From: Takakia lepidozioides
Lineage: Eukaryota; Plantae; Bryophyta
Assembly: GCA_030704615.1 (NCBI GenBank)
Contig: CM060731.1
Coordinates: forward strand, 26,474,001 to 26,538,000
Length of the DNA stretch: 64,000 nt
Reading direction: 5' to 3'
A program made the translations under genes and the position numbers. This document shows positions 11,464 to 23,003 of this stretch, piece by piece. The notes below the pieces were generated by a model. It ran no database searches. It saw only the letters and a list, made by a program, of their open reading frames with translations, and was not told the DNA's origin. The first letter of the stretch is position 1. Each line of letters opens with the position of its first letter.

Positions 11464-14400
11464 GTGTACTAAAATCTGCAACATTATTATGTAATGCAAA
11501 GTCTAAATTTTGCAGCAGAATAATTAATTTCTTTGTGAAATCAAGTACATATGCAATTAAAGGCATATTAATGATTTGGTGGTTATTTTAATTTTAATTT
11601 TAATTATTTATATCCGTGTTGATAACCGTCTGGTATTACGAGTGGAATATCGTCCTACTGATACCCATCCACAAATAAAAAATCATACTATTATTGAGAA
11701 CCGGCAGATATTAAAATTAAGTGAATATTCCAATACTATGGAACCGGCTGGTATTGAAAATTAATTGTTTTCAATACCAGGACCCGGCTGGTATTAAAAA
11801 AAGTAATACCCGCCCAACACCGCATCTCCATCGCCCTCAATCCCAACAAAAGGGCAAAGGAATCTGTGCCCAGAAATAACCATAAATATATAAATATATA
11901 TCTTATCCATTCTTAAAACTGCAGATAATCAATAAATTAATTTGTATTTATCGCGATTAATCGTGTCGGGAAAGCCGCCCCGCAGTGCCGTTCAATTTAC
12001 CGTTTACTATTTTCTGAGGCTGGAAAATGAGGCCCTTCAAATAGTAATGACAATAATCAGTGAGGTTCCCCGAAAAAACACAAACACAGTAAATATATAA
12101 ATAATTAATAAATCACAATTTTGTTTTATGCCTGGCTGCCCGGCCGGCCGACTGTTTGGTGGGTGGGTAGATTACATATTTATTTTATTGATAATTTTCT
12201 GATGCTATACTTGATTAGGCGATAAAATATCATGAGGACATTGGGATTTGAAACAAAAGAGTTTATGTTTCTGCGAACTTGCAGAAAGATCATAGAGGAG
12301 TTTGAGGAAGAGGGACCAAATTCTCAGCGTTGAAACATATTTGTGGAAATTTGCAGCAAAGTAGTCAAAAGCGAGGATGGGGCCAGTTGAATTGTTGCTT
12401 CATGCCCCCCTTTCCCGGCATTGCAGTGGAAAGTATCTGAAAGGGTGGTTATTCCATCTAGCGCTGAGGGTGGGCTTTCACATCGGAATTGATGGCAAAC
12501 TTATGAACATTTGATATACATAGCGGCTCGAGTGTTACAATACATAACTAGAGTGCTATAAACGTGGATGCTATGACTAGGATGATTCTCGCAACTATCA
12601 TATTTTATTCATAGCTCACGATGATCTTTTGGCTTCTATTCCGGGGCCAAGAAGTAAACATTTGAACATTTTGAATCCCCTCATAAAGATATGAAATCAA
12701 GCACATTTATAGCAAAGCACCAATCAAAGACTCAACAGTTTGTACACTCGGATCTAAGCATGTTATACTGTGCAGCTGCAAATCAACATCGGCATAGGGT
12801 GCACAACTGTTGCATTTTCACTTCAATTGGTGGTTCTCCAATATCATACAATGCCAGGCAGAGTTAGATACTTGAGTAAATGAGATTGGTAATTAAGGCA
12901 TTGTCTAAAAGCTGATGATCTCCAATAGTCTGCAGTTGATAAGATGCATCTGCATGGAAATTAGATATAGTTGAATGGGAGTTTGAGATGCACTTTTTTA
13001 CTGAGGGGCAGATCGAGTCTGTAGCAACTTGCGAGATCTGAATGTTGGGTAGTTTCGTATCGAGCTCAAAATTAGATGATGCCCACTGAAGTCAGCGTGA
13101 ATGTCCCTTGCGGTTGTAGTGAGGCCACTACATACATATGAATAATACACTCTCGACCGAAAATCTCGTAATGACCCGAGACAATGTCGGTTTCAAACAT
13201 TCAATGATGGACATCAATCGTGAAGGAAATGTAATCACGGATGCATGGGAGGTATATTCGGACATAAATCTCAATATAATGGACGAAAAATTGGGACCAT
13301 TGAGTCAAATGTGAGGGGAAAAGGAGGGGAAAAGTCCCAAACAGAGGCAGTTGATGCGGCAAAGGCCCACCGAGAAATCTTGATTTTTCGGGGTTTTCCG
13401 AATACCTTAGAACTTGCCACACTGACATTGTCGTGAAGCATCACCGCAACGCATGTTATGAGTTTGTTATGGCGCTGTTGACTGAGATAGAGTATATGGG
13501 TAGACTGAATCCGGAATGGCCACGTGGCCTTTATCACGTGGGTTTCTCTGCTAGTTTCAATCGAAGGTTGCCTTAGATTTCTCGGTCGAACTCTCGTGTG
13601 TCCAAGCTGTACTCCAACTCCACATTAATGTTGTAGCTTAGCTCCGCCACTAGACATGAATTCAGGATGATAATGATCGTGATCGTGATTGTGTCCATAG
13701 AATGTAAGAGAGCAGAAGCATTCCACGAAGAGTCCACGAATAAATTATTATAGAGAGAGAGAGGTCTTGCAGATCTATACATAGTTTCGTGTTGGCGCCC
13801 AGTGGAGAATACAATTGTACCAAGTTAGATTTCTTTAGCGTTCCATGCTGTTCATTTTGGACATGTATTAGAAATGCATTTAGTGCAACCTATGGATATG
13901 CGAGAGCACTGGTCATGTGGATGTTGCTAGACCTGTTCATAGCATTGGTGATTTGTACTAAACTGGGCTCCTCCCATTGGTGTGTTACTTCTCTCCATAT
14001 ATTTGTTATGTATGCTCAACGCTGCCTCCTACGGAAGATCTTTGCAGATTTTCTCTCTTGAAAAGTATTATATTGATGGTACGTACAGCAGATTCAGCAT
14101 GTGTAATGTAAGCTCGCCAATTTTCAATTTCCAAATCAGACAGGGTGAATATGTGGAAGGTTGGTCGGCCAGTTGACGAGACGCAAAGGTTGCAACCAGC
14201 TAAGATAATTCCTCGGGAGAAACTTTTCATCAAGTTACTGGAGTTATGTAAGCTCAAGTTGATCTTCAGGTACTGATGCGTAGATCCCATCTTTCTATTT
14301 TTGCGTACTAAACTTATACTGGTTAGACATGACATGCCCAGTTATCCGAGCTTTAAATTTGAATTGAGTGGTCTCATAATAAGATCATCATTCATAAAAA

Positions 14401-14999
14401 CCGCTATTTCTCAGGATTGATTCCCAAGGAGAATACAGGAAGAACATGTAAAAATCCATCGTTGCATAGGTTAATTTGGACATTGTCATTTGAATTAACA
14501 TTTGGTATGTTAATTGTGCTAGTGTACCTATCCAACTAAGAATCCAATACATATAAGGTCTACGACACAATCTTGAGGGCAGCAGACCTTGCAACGATTC
14601 TATTTACAAAATGCTTTACCTTCCACTTTGTCGTATCGTGCTGATGAACGGTTTATACGACGTGCCTCCATTGTCATCGTTGAACGAGCTCAAAAGCCAG
14701 GCGATGAAGGTGGCGTCAAGGTTGAGCAAGGTTGTTGACAGTGTAAGTCCCACCTGAGCTTGATCTAGCCTTCATTAAGAGCCATGTATATATTACTTGT
14801 AAACACCCTTTCAGATTGTGGATCGTGATGATCATCGTATCATGATCAGTGAATCTTCCACTCGAGATTATTATTCTTGGCTTTGCATATGCAAGACACT
14901 CCACGGTAGCATTTGTTATTGGTGTTTTTTTTTAATTTCCCATAGTGTGCATTGTAGAATAAGGAAAATCATGACAGATATGGCCAATTAACAAAACAA

Positions 15000-15720
15000 T
15001 AAAAGAGATGGGCAAGGTAGCCGGAAAATCGCTGACGCGTTGAGAGTAGATAGGGCGAGGTTCAGACCGAGCAACTCAGTTTGAAAAGAGTCAAGGTAGA
15101 AAATGGTGCCAAAGAGCCATTTTTTGGTTGGGGTGTGGCGATGTATCTGTTTGCATTTGGCCTGGAACAGTTGAGGCAAACTGGAATTTGGATGAGTGGA
15201 TAATCAGACCCAGGTATTGGTACGATTTGACAACCTCTATTTCCTGCCGGTTGAAGAGCTCTAATATATCCACTGCCTGCCATTTTGCAACTTCTTGACT
15301 GCCTTGCTGACATTGGTTGCACTGAATGCTGATATTGGTTGTAGTGAAGAAATATAAGTGCACGGGTTTGGAGCTTATGGGAAAGGGAGATTGGTTTGGG
15401 GAGTGATACAGTGACTGTATGAAAAACTGTTTTGAAATCACGTGGAGATCTCTTGAAGGTGCTAATGGTGGAAAAGAGCCATTAATAGATACAAAACTTT
15501 AGAAAATGACCTTAACTTCTTAGTGTGAAGGCCTTGATACCGAATCCAACTTTTTCACCAATAGAAAGAATGGATTTAACATTAGTTTGTAAAGCAGTCT
15601 TCATCTCATACGTAAAACGGCCATAATGTAGTGTGGTCCCTTCTTCTACCTGTAGGCCAACTAAACTAATTCATCATTGAAGTACTTAGCGTCATACTAC
15701 AATCTCAGTTGATACTATGT
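15000..15720 (-). mobile_element. Decayed non-LTR retrotransposon reverse transcriptase fragment
   Basis: Minus ORF contains IEVVKSYQYLGL, the typical LINE RT C-terminal (thumb) motif; flanks are frameshifted and boundaries approximate. Confidence 0.55.
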
Positions 15721-16769
15721 TGAACCAGACCTTATTTGCTAAGGCAATATTTGTGAAATATTCACATCTGATGTTCAACATCTCAAAAATACAATTGAAA
15801 TACAAAACTGATTTACATAGCATTTTTTAGTGACTCCTCTGAACACTGATCTCTCAGCTCCAGCCATCCCTTAAGCACGATCGTCGTGCAGAGGGTTAGG
15901 GCAGGGAAGAGATGAAGCGCGATTTCCCGCGATTTCATCCATTTGGAGTTCTATGAATCCACATACATCGGATTCGTTCTTCAGTGGAGTCACTGAAAAA
16001 TGTTCTCTTGTAAGGATTTCTCTTCTGATCAATGGATGAAGCAAATTGAAGAAGCAATTGTGATAATATAGAGACTTGATGACCAAGAAAAACAATTATT
16101 TAAACTTTTTTAAATACCCATTTTGGCCATGAATTATTTATTCTTAATTTTTCTTTTATCATTTAGTATATTTAAATATACAACTCATGCACAACACATG
16201 AGAAGTAGATTAGTCATCATTAAATAAGTAGATATGGGTCTCAAAATTAAAACTAGTTGTACAAATTTTTATATTTAGACTAATTCTTTCAAGGACTTTC
16301 AAATTTTAAGTTTTTAACAATATAAACCATACTTAATAGAAAATTATGAAAATTATGAATTTCTTATAAAAAGCTTTCAGTCCTCAAAATTTGCTACACG
16401 TTATAACTATGGAGTTTAATTTGATGTTTTGTGAATTTTTATGCTATGTTTCATAATTTTAATTGAATGTTGTTTCAGTGAAATGTGGATTGCAAATGCC
16501 TATTGTAACAGAAAGATGTCTCATCTTAATGGAGTTGGTCTCCCAAAGTATGGACATAAGGTTAAATACGTTCTTTTATTAAATTTGGAGATTTTAGTGA
16601 AATGTAGACCACCAAATTCATAGGGAGACGCCTCCATCCCAATGGAATTATGATTTCAAATTTTAAGCATCACCATCATTCAACCAATGTCATATTCTTA
16701 CACCACTCATGTAAGTGACTCCAAGGTTGTTTCGGTACGGGCATGGTTGGTGGAAACAAATGGTATCAT

Positions 16770-16856
16770 AATGTTAAGTTGAGTTTTCGAGAATGTTAAG
16801 TCGAGTTTTTGAGAATGTTAAGTCTAGTTTTCGAGAATGTTAGTCGAGTTTTCGAG
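16770..16856. repeat. Minisatellite, 4 x 22 bp (aatgttaagtcgagttttcgag)
   Basis: Four consecutive copies visible. Confidence 0.9.
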
Positions 16857-19763
16857 TACAATAGTGTTTTGCTTGGTGGGTCAGAGAAAGTTTAGATTCA
16901 TAGTGCTAAGTGCTATTATGAGACCACATGTGCACTTTGTGAGCCCTCTGATCACCCAGAATGTGATCTTGCAATGGATGAATTGACTTAGCATTATGTC
17001 CGGTAATGCTTTCCACCATGCCTGCTCTCGAACATTAGCTACACCCTTTAGGATATTTAAATTACCTCTTTGAATCATTTGCCTCATCTACAAATGTTTC
17101 AATTTATCTACTATTACCTACATTTGGGTGTTTGAAATCTACAAATATTTATATAGTGTGACATTTCAAGGAATTAGTGTGGGGCAATCTAAGTATCCAC
17201 AAGGGTGTAGTCCATTGTGCTTGCGTTAGCTACAGTGCCATTGGTGGCAATTATGTGAAGTTGCGCCCATCTCTCTTGGCCTATCTTGTGTCTACTTTCA
17301 TACTCTGATAGGTTGATTTGCTAGACCAGGTTGATCTTCATCTGAATTAGTTCGTAGAATAGGTACACCTATATTTTGCAAGGCATTACTCTGTGCATGT
17401 CTCCAATTGATGAGGAGCTACCGTAATGATTTGTAATTGTGAGAATGTTGTCATGATGTTATGAACAGATGTTTCAAAAGCAGCTTTAGAATTGGATCAC
17501 AAATTTTTCTTTTGATCGAAATCACAAGCTGGCCATGCATCACGAAGAATGACTACTCATGACTAGTGCAATGTTGTGCCGATCGAATTAGCAATCTGCA
17601 CCCCACGCCACAAGCTATTCCTCCTTACCATTTGCAGAAATTTTAACACAACTGCAACCGAAATTCACTTCTGTCATGAAATTAGTTAGAACTAGTCATG
17701 AGTCGAATCCCCAGAAAGTTTCTAGATTTCATGTAACACCAGGAATAACGCCAAATGTGTCGTGGTCAACGTAGCAATACAAGGCTCGGTTCGCGTTTAA
17801 ATTTGCTTACTCTAGTGGCAATATTGCTATGTTCACAATGTTGTTACTCGCCAGTGCCTACAAAGGCAATATTCAGTTTTCATATCGTCGATCGATTGCG
17901 TTCTCTGCGTATAAGCAATTTGCATTCTTAATCTGAGCATGCAATTAAAATTATGCCACCACAATTAATTGCTAGTGGCAATTAGAGAAGCTGGTTAGAA
18001 TGTGTAAGGTTTAAGGACATAGAAAAACTCAAAACATTTAGATTGATCCAAGAATTTTACATTTTGAAAGTTTTGTGCATTTGTGCACCCAAAGTCACTG
18101 AAATTTGCCAATACAATAACCAATATTGTGGTTATTACCAGTGTTGTGCGGGTACCCGCTTAGGCGGGTTGGAACCGGCGGTTCCGGTTCCGGTTCCTGG
18201 GAACCAGTACAGGAACCGGAATCGGAACCGGGGGAGCAGGGACGAGCCGGTTCCAGAACCGGAACCGGCGGGTTCGGGTTTTTCCAGGAACCGGCTTGGA
18301 ACTGGAACCGGGGGTCAGTGGCGGTTCCGGATCCGGTTCCCGCACTAGGGTTTTTTGTTTTTTTTTTCCTCCCGCGATCTGTCGTCTCTCACACGCGATC
18401 TGCTGCAGTAGCGCGACTTCAGCGCGGGGGAGGGAGCAGCGCGGGGGAGGGTTTGGTTTTCGTGCTTTTGTGGTCTCGCAGTTTGTGAGATGTTTGTCCA
18501 TTTCCAGTTGTGACACTTCTCGCGGTGTCATCAGTGTTGTTTGTGTAGGGATACGTTACAAGAGGGTTGGCTGCTTCTGTGCGTGGGTCCGGGGTTGAAT
18601 GTTGGACTAGGTGTTATGGAGGAAGGCATGGAGCATTTGTAGAAGGGAGAAAGAATGAGAGTGGGGAAGAAGATGTAGGTAGGTCTGCAGGGTGTTGGAT
18701 TGTGAAAGAATGGCATCAGCTGGCAGAGGATCCGAGCGGCCCACATGATTGAATGGATGGAGTTGACATGGTCCAGGTACTCGCTTCTAAATATGTAATT
18801 TAATGTGTCTCTCGTCTCACCAAAGGATGGACTCATGGTGCACAATTGTAGTAGAAAGCCGTTATAGACCTGGTTCTAACAACGACTCCATTGTCTTGAA
18901 GAACTACAGTTGTGAACAATTGTTTTCTATGCATGTGAATCATGGAAGGAGTTGTAAAGATGTGGGGATGGCAGAGTGCTCCTACCCTGACCAAAGGTCT
19001 TGTCGGCTCCTTGCGGTGTACCTATGGAAGGTCTGATATCACGCAGCATGTTGATGGGCCAGGCCAGGCGGTGGAGCCGAAATGGGTATGCAGTCTTGCA
19101 ATGTGGAGACGGAAACACTTGCAAGCAATGGCTATGACACCTCCCCATCCTCCAGGGAAAACAAAGGAAGGTATCGAGATGTAATTCTTTACTTGTATTT
19201 CTGTGAGTCTTTGAGCTTTGCCCGTCGGAGTGATCCATGCTCCATATCAACATTGATCCACCCCATCAGAAACTCCAAAAAGGTTTTATTGTAGTACAGG
19301 GGCTGTGGAGAATGTCGGCGGAATGGACACCCTTGTGTTCTGATCCTCGTAAAGTGATACATCTCGCGTGTAGCCCATAGAAATCCCGCTGAAGTTCCAA
19401 GAGGCATCAACATGTTGAGCTCATTAAGCTTAGTGTAGTGCCTATGTGCTTAGTGTGGACTGCCTGGGCCTCTTACTGTTCCTTTTCTGCACCTCTCTCT
19501 CTCTCCCCTTCTACTTAGCAGGTTCGCTAGGGTAATGGGGAAGTTCTTAGCAGGCCGTGTTTCAATCTCTGCCCGCTCAACTGCACCATGGTGGTTCTCA
19601 CTGACCAATCCGTCATTACCTGACTACAGACACAAGTAAGCACACACAAGAGGTCCTCTTGGGTTGATGGTCAGTCAACCTCCATGGGTCATGACAGAAG
19701 GTCGAGGACAATGTGGTGAGGCACCCAGGCACAGCTGAAGACCAGGGATAGAGGTCCAGATTC

Positions 19764-20467
19764 ATCTAAGAGGGTCGGGTTTCACACACAAGATTACGTC
19801 TGATTCCCTGTGGATCGATACCTACAAGAAATCTGCCTGGGTAGATGCTCAAGTGGAAACAGCAGCGGCAGCAGTGCAATTGACACCACAAGGCACGGCT
19901 AATGAAGGTACCTTCTTCAACACATTTCAGCCTGATGGTACCATTTTCTTTGACATGTTTCAGTGTGTTTTTCCCTCTCATCAGGCTTAGCCATGAATTT
20001 GCATATCGAATTCTGTAAGTTGGCTCGGTAGGTGGATATGTGGTGGTTTGGAGTGACTTTGCAAGTTACTGCCAATGTAGCAGCCGAAAAGTACCCAAAA
20101 ACTGATAACAGATATAAAGAGAAGCTTTGGAATGAACACTTTTCTGACCCTTGTCAATGGTGGGACAATGTGGGTAGATGGTCAACTGGAACAACAGCGG
20201 TAGCAGCGCAATTTGAACAAGGCGCTGCTAATGAAGGTACCTTCTTCAACACATTTCAGCCTTCTTCTTCGACCTGTTTGAGCCTCTTTTGCCCTCTCAT
20301 CAGGCTCAGCCCTGAATTTGCATATTGAATTCTATAAGTTAGCTCGTTGGGATGATCTGTGGTGGTTTGGAGTGACTTTGCAAGTTACTGCCGAGGTGGC
20401 AGCAGGAAAGTACACAAAAAAAGACAGAGATGAAGAGAAGCTTTGGAATGAGACACTTTTCTGACCT
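19764..20467 (+). pseudogene. Captured fragments encoding OSB-type PDF ssDNA-binding motifs (tandem, disrupted)
   Basis: Translations HLRGSGFTHKITSDSLWIDTYKKSAWVDAQVE (19764-19860) and KEKLWNEHFSDPCQWWDN (20115-20170) resemble the OSB PDF motif LW..FF.NP.QWWDNR..K.NP..PDFKHK.TGEALW...P.WV..QL. Confidence 0.7.
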
Positions 20468-21164
20468 CGCCGGTTCCGGTTCCTTGATAGATTTAAAGAG
20501 GCGGTTCCGGTTCCGGATCCGGTTCTTTTTTGTGAAGCGGTTCCGGTTCCGGTTCCACCCTCATTCTCTGTTTGCTCATTCTCCACCCTCCTGCTCTGTC
20601 CAGACTACAAGCAGGCTTTTTACCTATGAATATCCAGAGTCAGTTGTCTGCCCTACAAGTCTACATGTCTGCAAAAGGTGTGAAACAAAGAGATGTTGCA
20701 AAACTCTCGTTGAAATGACAAAGAGAAATCAAACACTGGATCTAAATTGCACAAACAAAGCATATCTTGACCGTCTTCCTCAACCTAGTATCATCAGGGA
20801 TCTGCAAACTGCAATCTGCAAACCAATTAGAGCTTTAAAAAACTTTACAGAATGCCCAACAACTTTTCCTCCACACCAGTCTGATCATACTTACTTTTCG
20901 TTGCCCTAGATGTGGGGCAAAGGTGAACACTGTAACTGCACTCAGGTGCGCGCCAAGTAGCACTCAATGTACAAACATCTAAGCGGAGCCTCATTAGTCT
21001 GTCACTCCACCCCTAGACCCGCTCTCTCCCCTTTCTTCAACCGTCTGTTCGCAGGGAAACTATAGCCACATGTGTCACATTTGCTGCAGGCTAGACATGA
21101 AGAGGACCAGTGATGTAAGCAACCTATATTGCAGCCAACCCCCGACCAAACACTCAATTGTAGT

Positions 21165-21530
21165 GCCTTGCTCTATCAATTGCGCTGTTGCCGCTGCTGT
21201 TTCCAGTTGACCATCCACCCACATTGTCCCACCATTGACTGAGGTCAGAAAAGTGTCTCATTCCAAAGCTTCTCTTCATCTCTGTTATCTGTTTTTGTGT
21301 ATTTTCCTGCTACCACCTCGGCAGTAACTTGCAAAGTCACTCCAAACCACCACAGATCATCCCAAAAAGCTAATGAGTTTGATGAGAGGGCAAAACAGGC
21401 TGAAATAGGTCGAAGAAGAAGGTGCCCTCACCACAAATGTGTTGAAGAAGGTACCTTCATCAGTAGTGCCTTGCTCTATCAATTGCGCTGCTGCCGCTGT
21501 TGTTTCCAGTTGACCATCCGCCCACATTTA
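21165..21530 (-). pseudogene. Inverted copies of the same PDF-motif fragments
   Basis: 21241-21365 is the near-exact reverse complement of 20348-20468; 21165-21240 and 21440-21525 are reverse complements of ~20150-20260. Confidence 0.8.
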
Positions 21531-21598
21531 TGGCAAGAACCGCACAACACTGGTTATTACAGGTACATATATATCATCTATGATGAGAGATCAATTAA

Positions 21599-22590
21599 TT
21601 AATACAAGAAGGCATGAGCACGAGGGGCGGCACTCAACTGAAGTGGCAATTTCATGGCCACTGCCAACCCCCATTGCTCCGTCATGTCGGGTGATGCCAC
21701 GTCACCCTGCATCGACCAATCGAAGCTGTGAACGAGGTGTGCCAACAACGTCGTCACCATCATGTTGCCGCGGGGCACATGCGACGCCCCACCCGGAGTG
21801 AGCTCGTACGAGTCGAATCCCCACACATAATCCACCTCGGGCCGCTGATCCACGAAGGCTCAGAATTTTGAGGCTGGTCAGATGATGGGGCCCGCCGTCT
21901 CATTAACATAGGAGCAAACTACCTTCATGAGTGGAGTACTTAGAATTTTTCTTCGCGAACGACCGTGAGGCCGCATGGAGCAGAGGGGACAAGGACCTGA
22001 CAGTGGGCCCCGCTACTTTAAAACGGTCCCTATTCCCCTGTTTCTCTTATATATCAAGAAAACTACATATTGTTTGCACTGTGGAGGTTGTGGTCTGGTG
22101 GTTGGGCGGAACAAGAGGAGCTACGCTACTTTTGTGAAGGACTAACTCCAGTAACTTATCTTGATATGAACAGTTGTTTCGGGCTTTCCAGAGTTCCTCT
22201 AGAAATCCCTTCACATCCCTTCAAGCATCAACTTGATGTGTGTGAGATGCCCAAGGGCTTTAGGCTCAGCCTCGAGATTTTGACAGATGGTGAACAGAGG
22301 TGCAAGCACTATGTTCTCGATGATCCTATATTATTAGAGATTATTTTTGGCATAATCTCTACTTTTATGTACTATTCGAAATTCTAAGTACTCCTAAAAC
22401 TACCTGCATGGAGGTAGTTGTAAATTTCATATGCAGCCTGGTGTGCTTGGGAAGCTTGTAGCCTCGAAACTCAAATGCCTGGCTCGCCTCACGAGGGATG
22501 TTCAAAGGAAGAGGAGGATATATTGGAGACGGAAGGTTTCCTTCACGAGAGATTACAGGAATGGGAGGTTGGGGATGTCGAATTCTTGGA
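21599..22590 (-). pseudogene. Cytochrome P450 (CYP71 clan) pseudogene, C-terminal third, interrupted at ~21880-22420
   Basis: 22590-22430: EFDIPNLPFL*SLVKETFRL/PPLPLNIPREASQAFEFRGYKLPKHTRL (ExxR K-helix, in-frame stop, frameshift). 21850-21599: YELTP-G-GRRMCPA (frameshifted heme motif), then LLAHLVHSFDW...DMTEQWGLAVAMKLPL...PRAHAFLY*. Confidence 0.88.
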
Positions 22591-23003
22591 ATACTCTTGC
22601 GGCGGGGACGCTAAGCGGTGAGCGGTTGGTGAGCTGGAATTGTGAGCCCATAACATAAATTATATATGATAATGAGCATGAATAGGTCGTCAAAACATTA
22701 AGAAATGGGACATATTTCAGCAGATAACAACCCTATATCCGAAGAAACCAAAAAATAACAATATGAGGGTCACTGTCCCTGTAAATTAAATAAATAAAAA
22801 CCCGCTGTTATCTGGTATGCGCCGGCGCCGGCGCATACGAAATATGAGGGCAACTGTCCCCTGTTTTGTTAAAAACAAAATTAAAAAATTAAAAATAAAA
22901 AACAATTAAATATATATATATAAACATTGTTGTCTGGTTTGCACCAACGCATACGAAATATGAGGGACTGTTATCTGGTATGCGCCGGCGCATACGAAAT
23001 ATG

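Larger units (their letters stand above)
9081..11822. mobile_element. hAT-like non-autonomous element, copy B, expanded by nested insertions
   Basis: Starts cagtgtttgacg and ends cccgcccaacaccg. Blocks 9110-9172, 10472-10578, 10700-10790, 11180-11275 and 11490-11822 align with copy A. No intact TSD found. Confidence 0.7.
18139..21552. mobile_element. Complete non-autonomous hAT element (Pack-type), 3414 bp
   Basis: Perfect 13-bp TIR CAGTGTTGTGCGG (18139-18151; rc 21540-21552). Perfect 8-bp TSD GTTATTAC (18131-18138, 21553-21560). GGAACCGG/CCGGTTCC clusters at 18170-18345 and 20470-20555. No transposase ORF. Confidence 0.93.

Noticed and set aside
12200-17900. Decayed transposase/Ulp1-like coding region
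   Set aside because: Only vague motif echoes in short broken ORFs; no family can be named (apart from the LINE fragment at ~15000-15720).
18570-19420. L1 fragment inside the Pack-hAT (RIRTQGCPF-like motif on minus strand)
   Set aside because: A single weak motif, too degraded to call.
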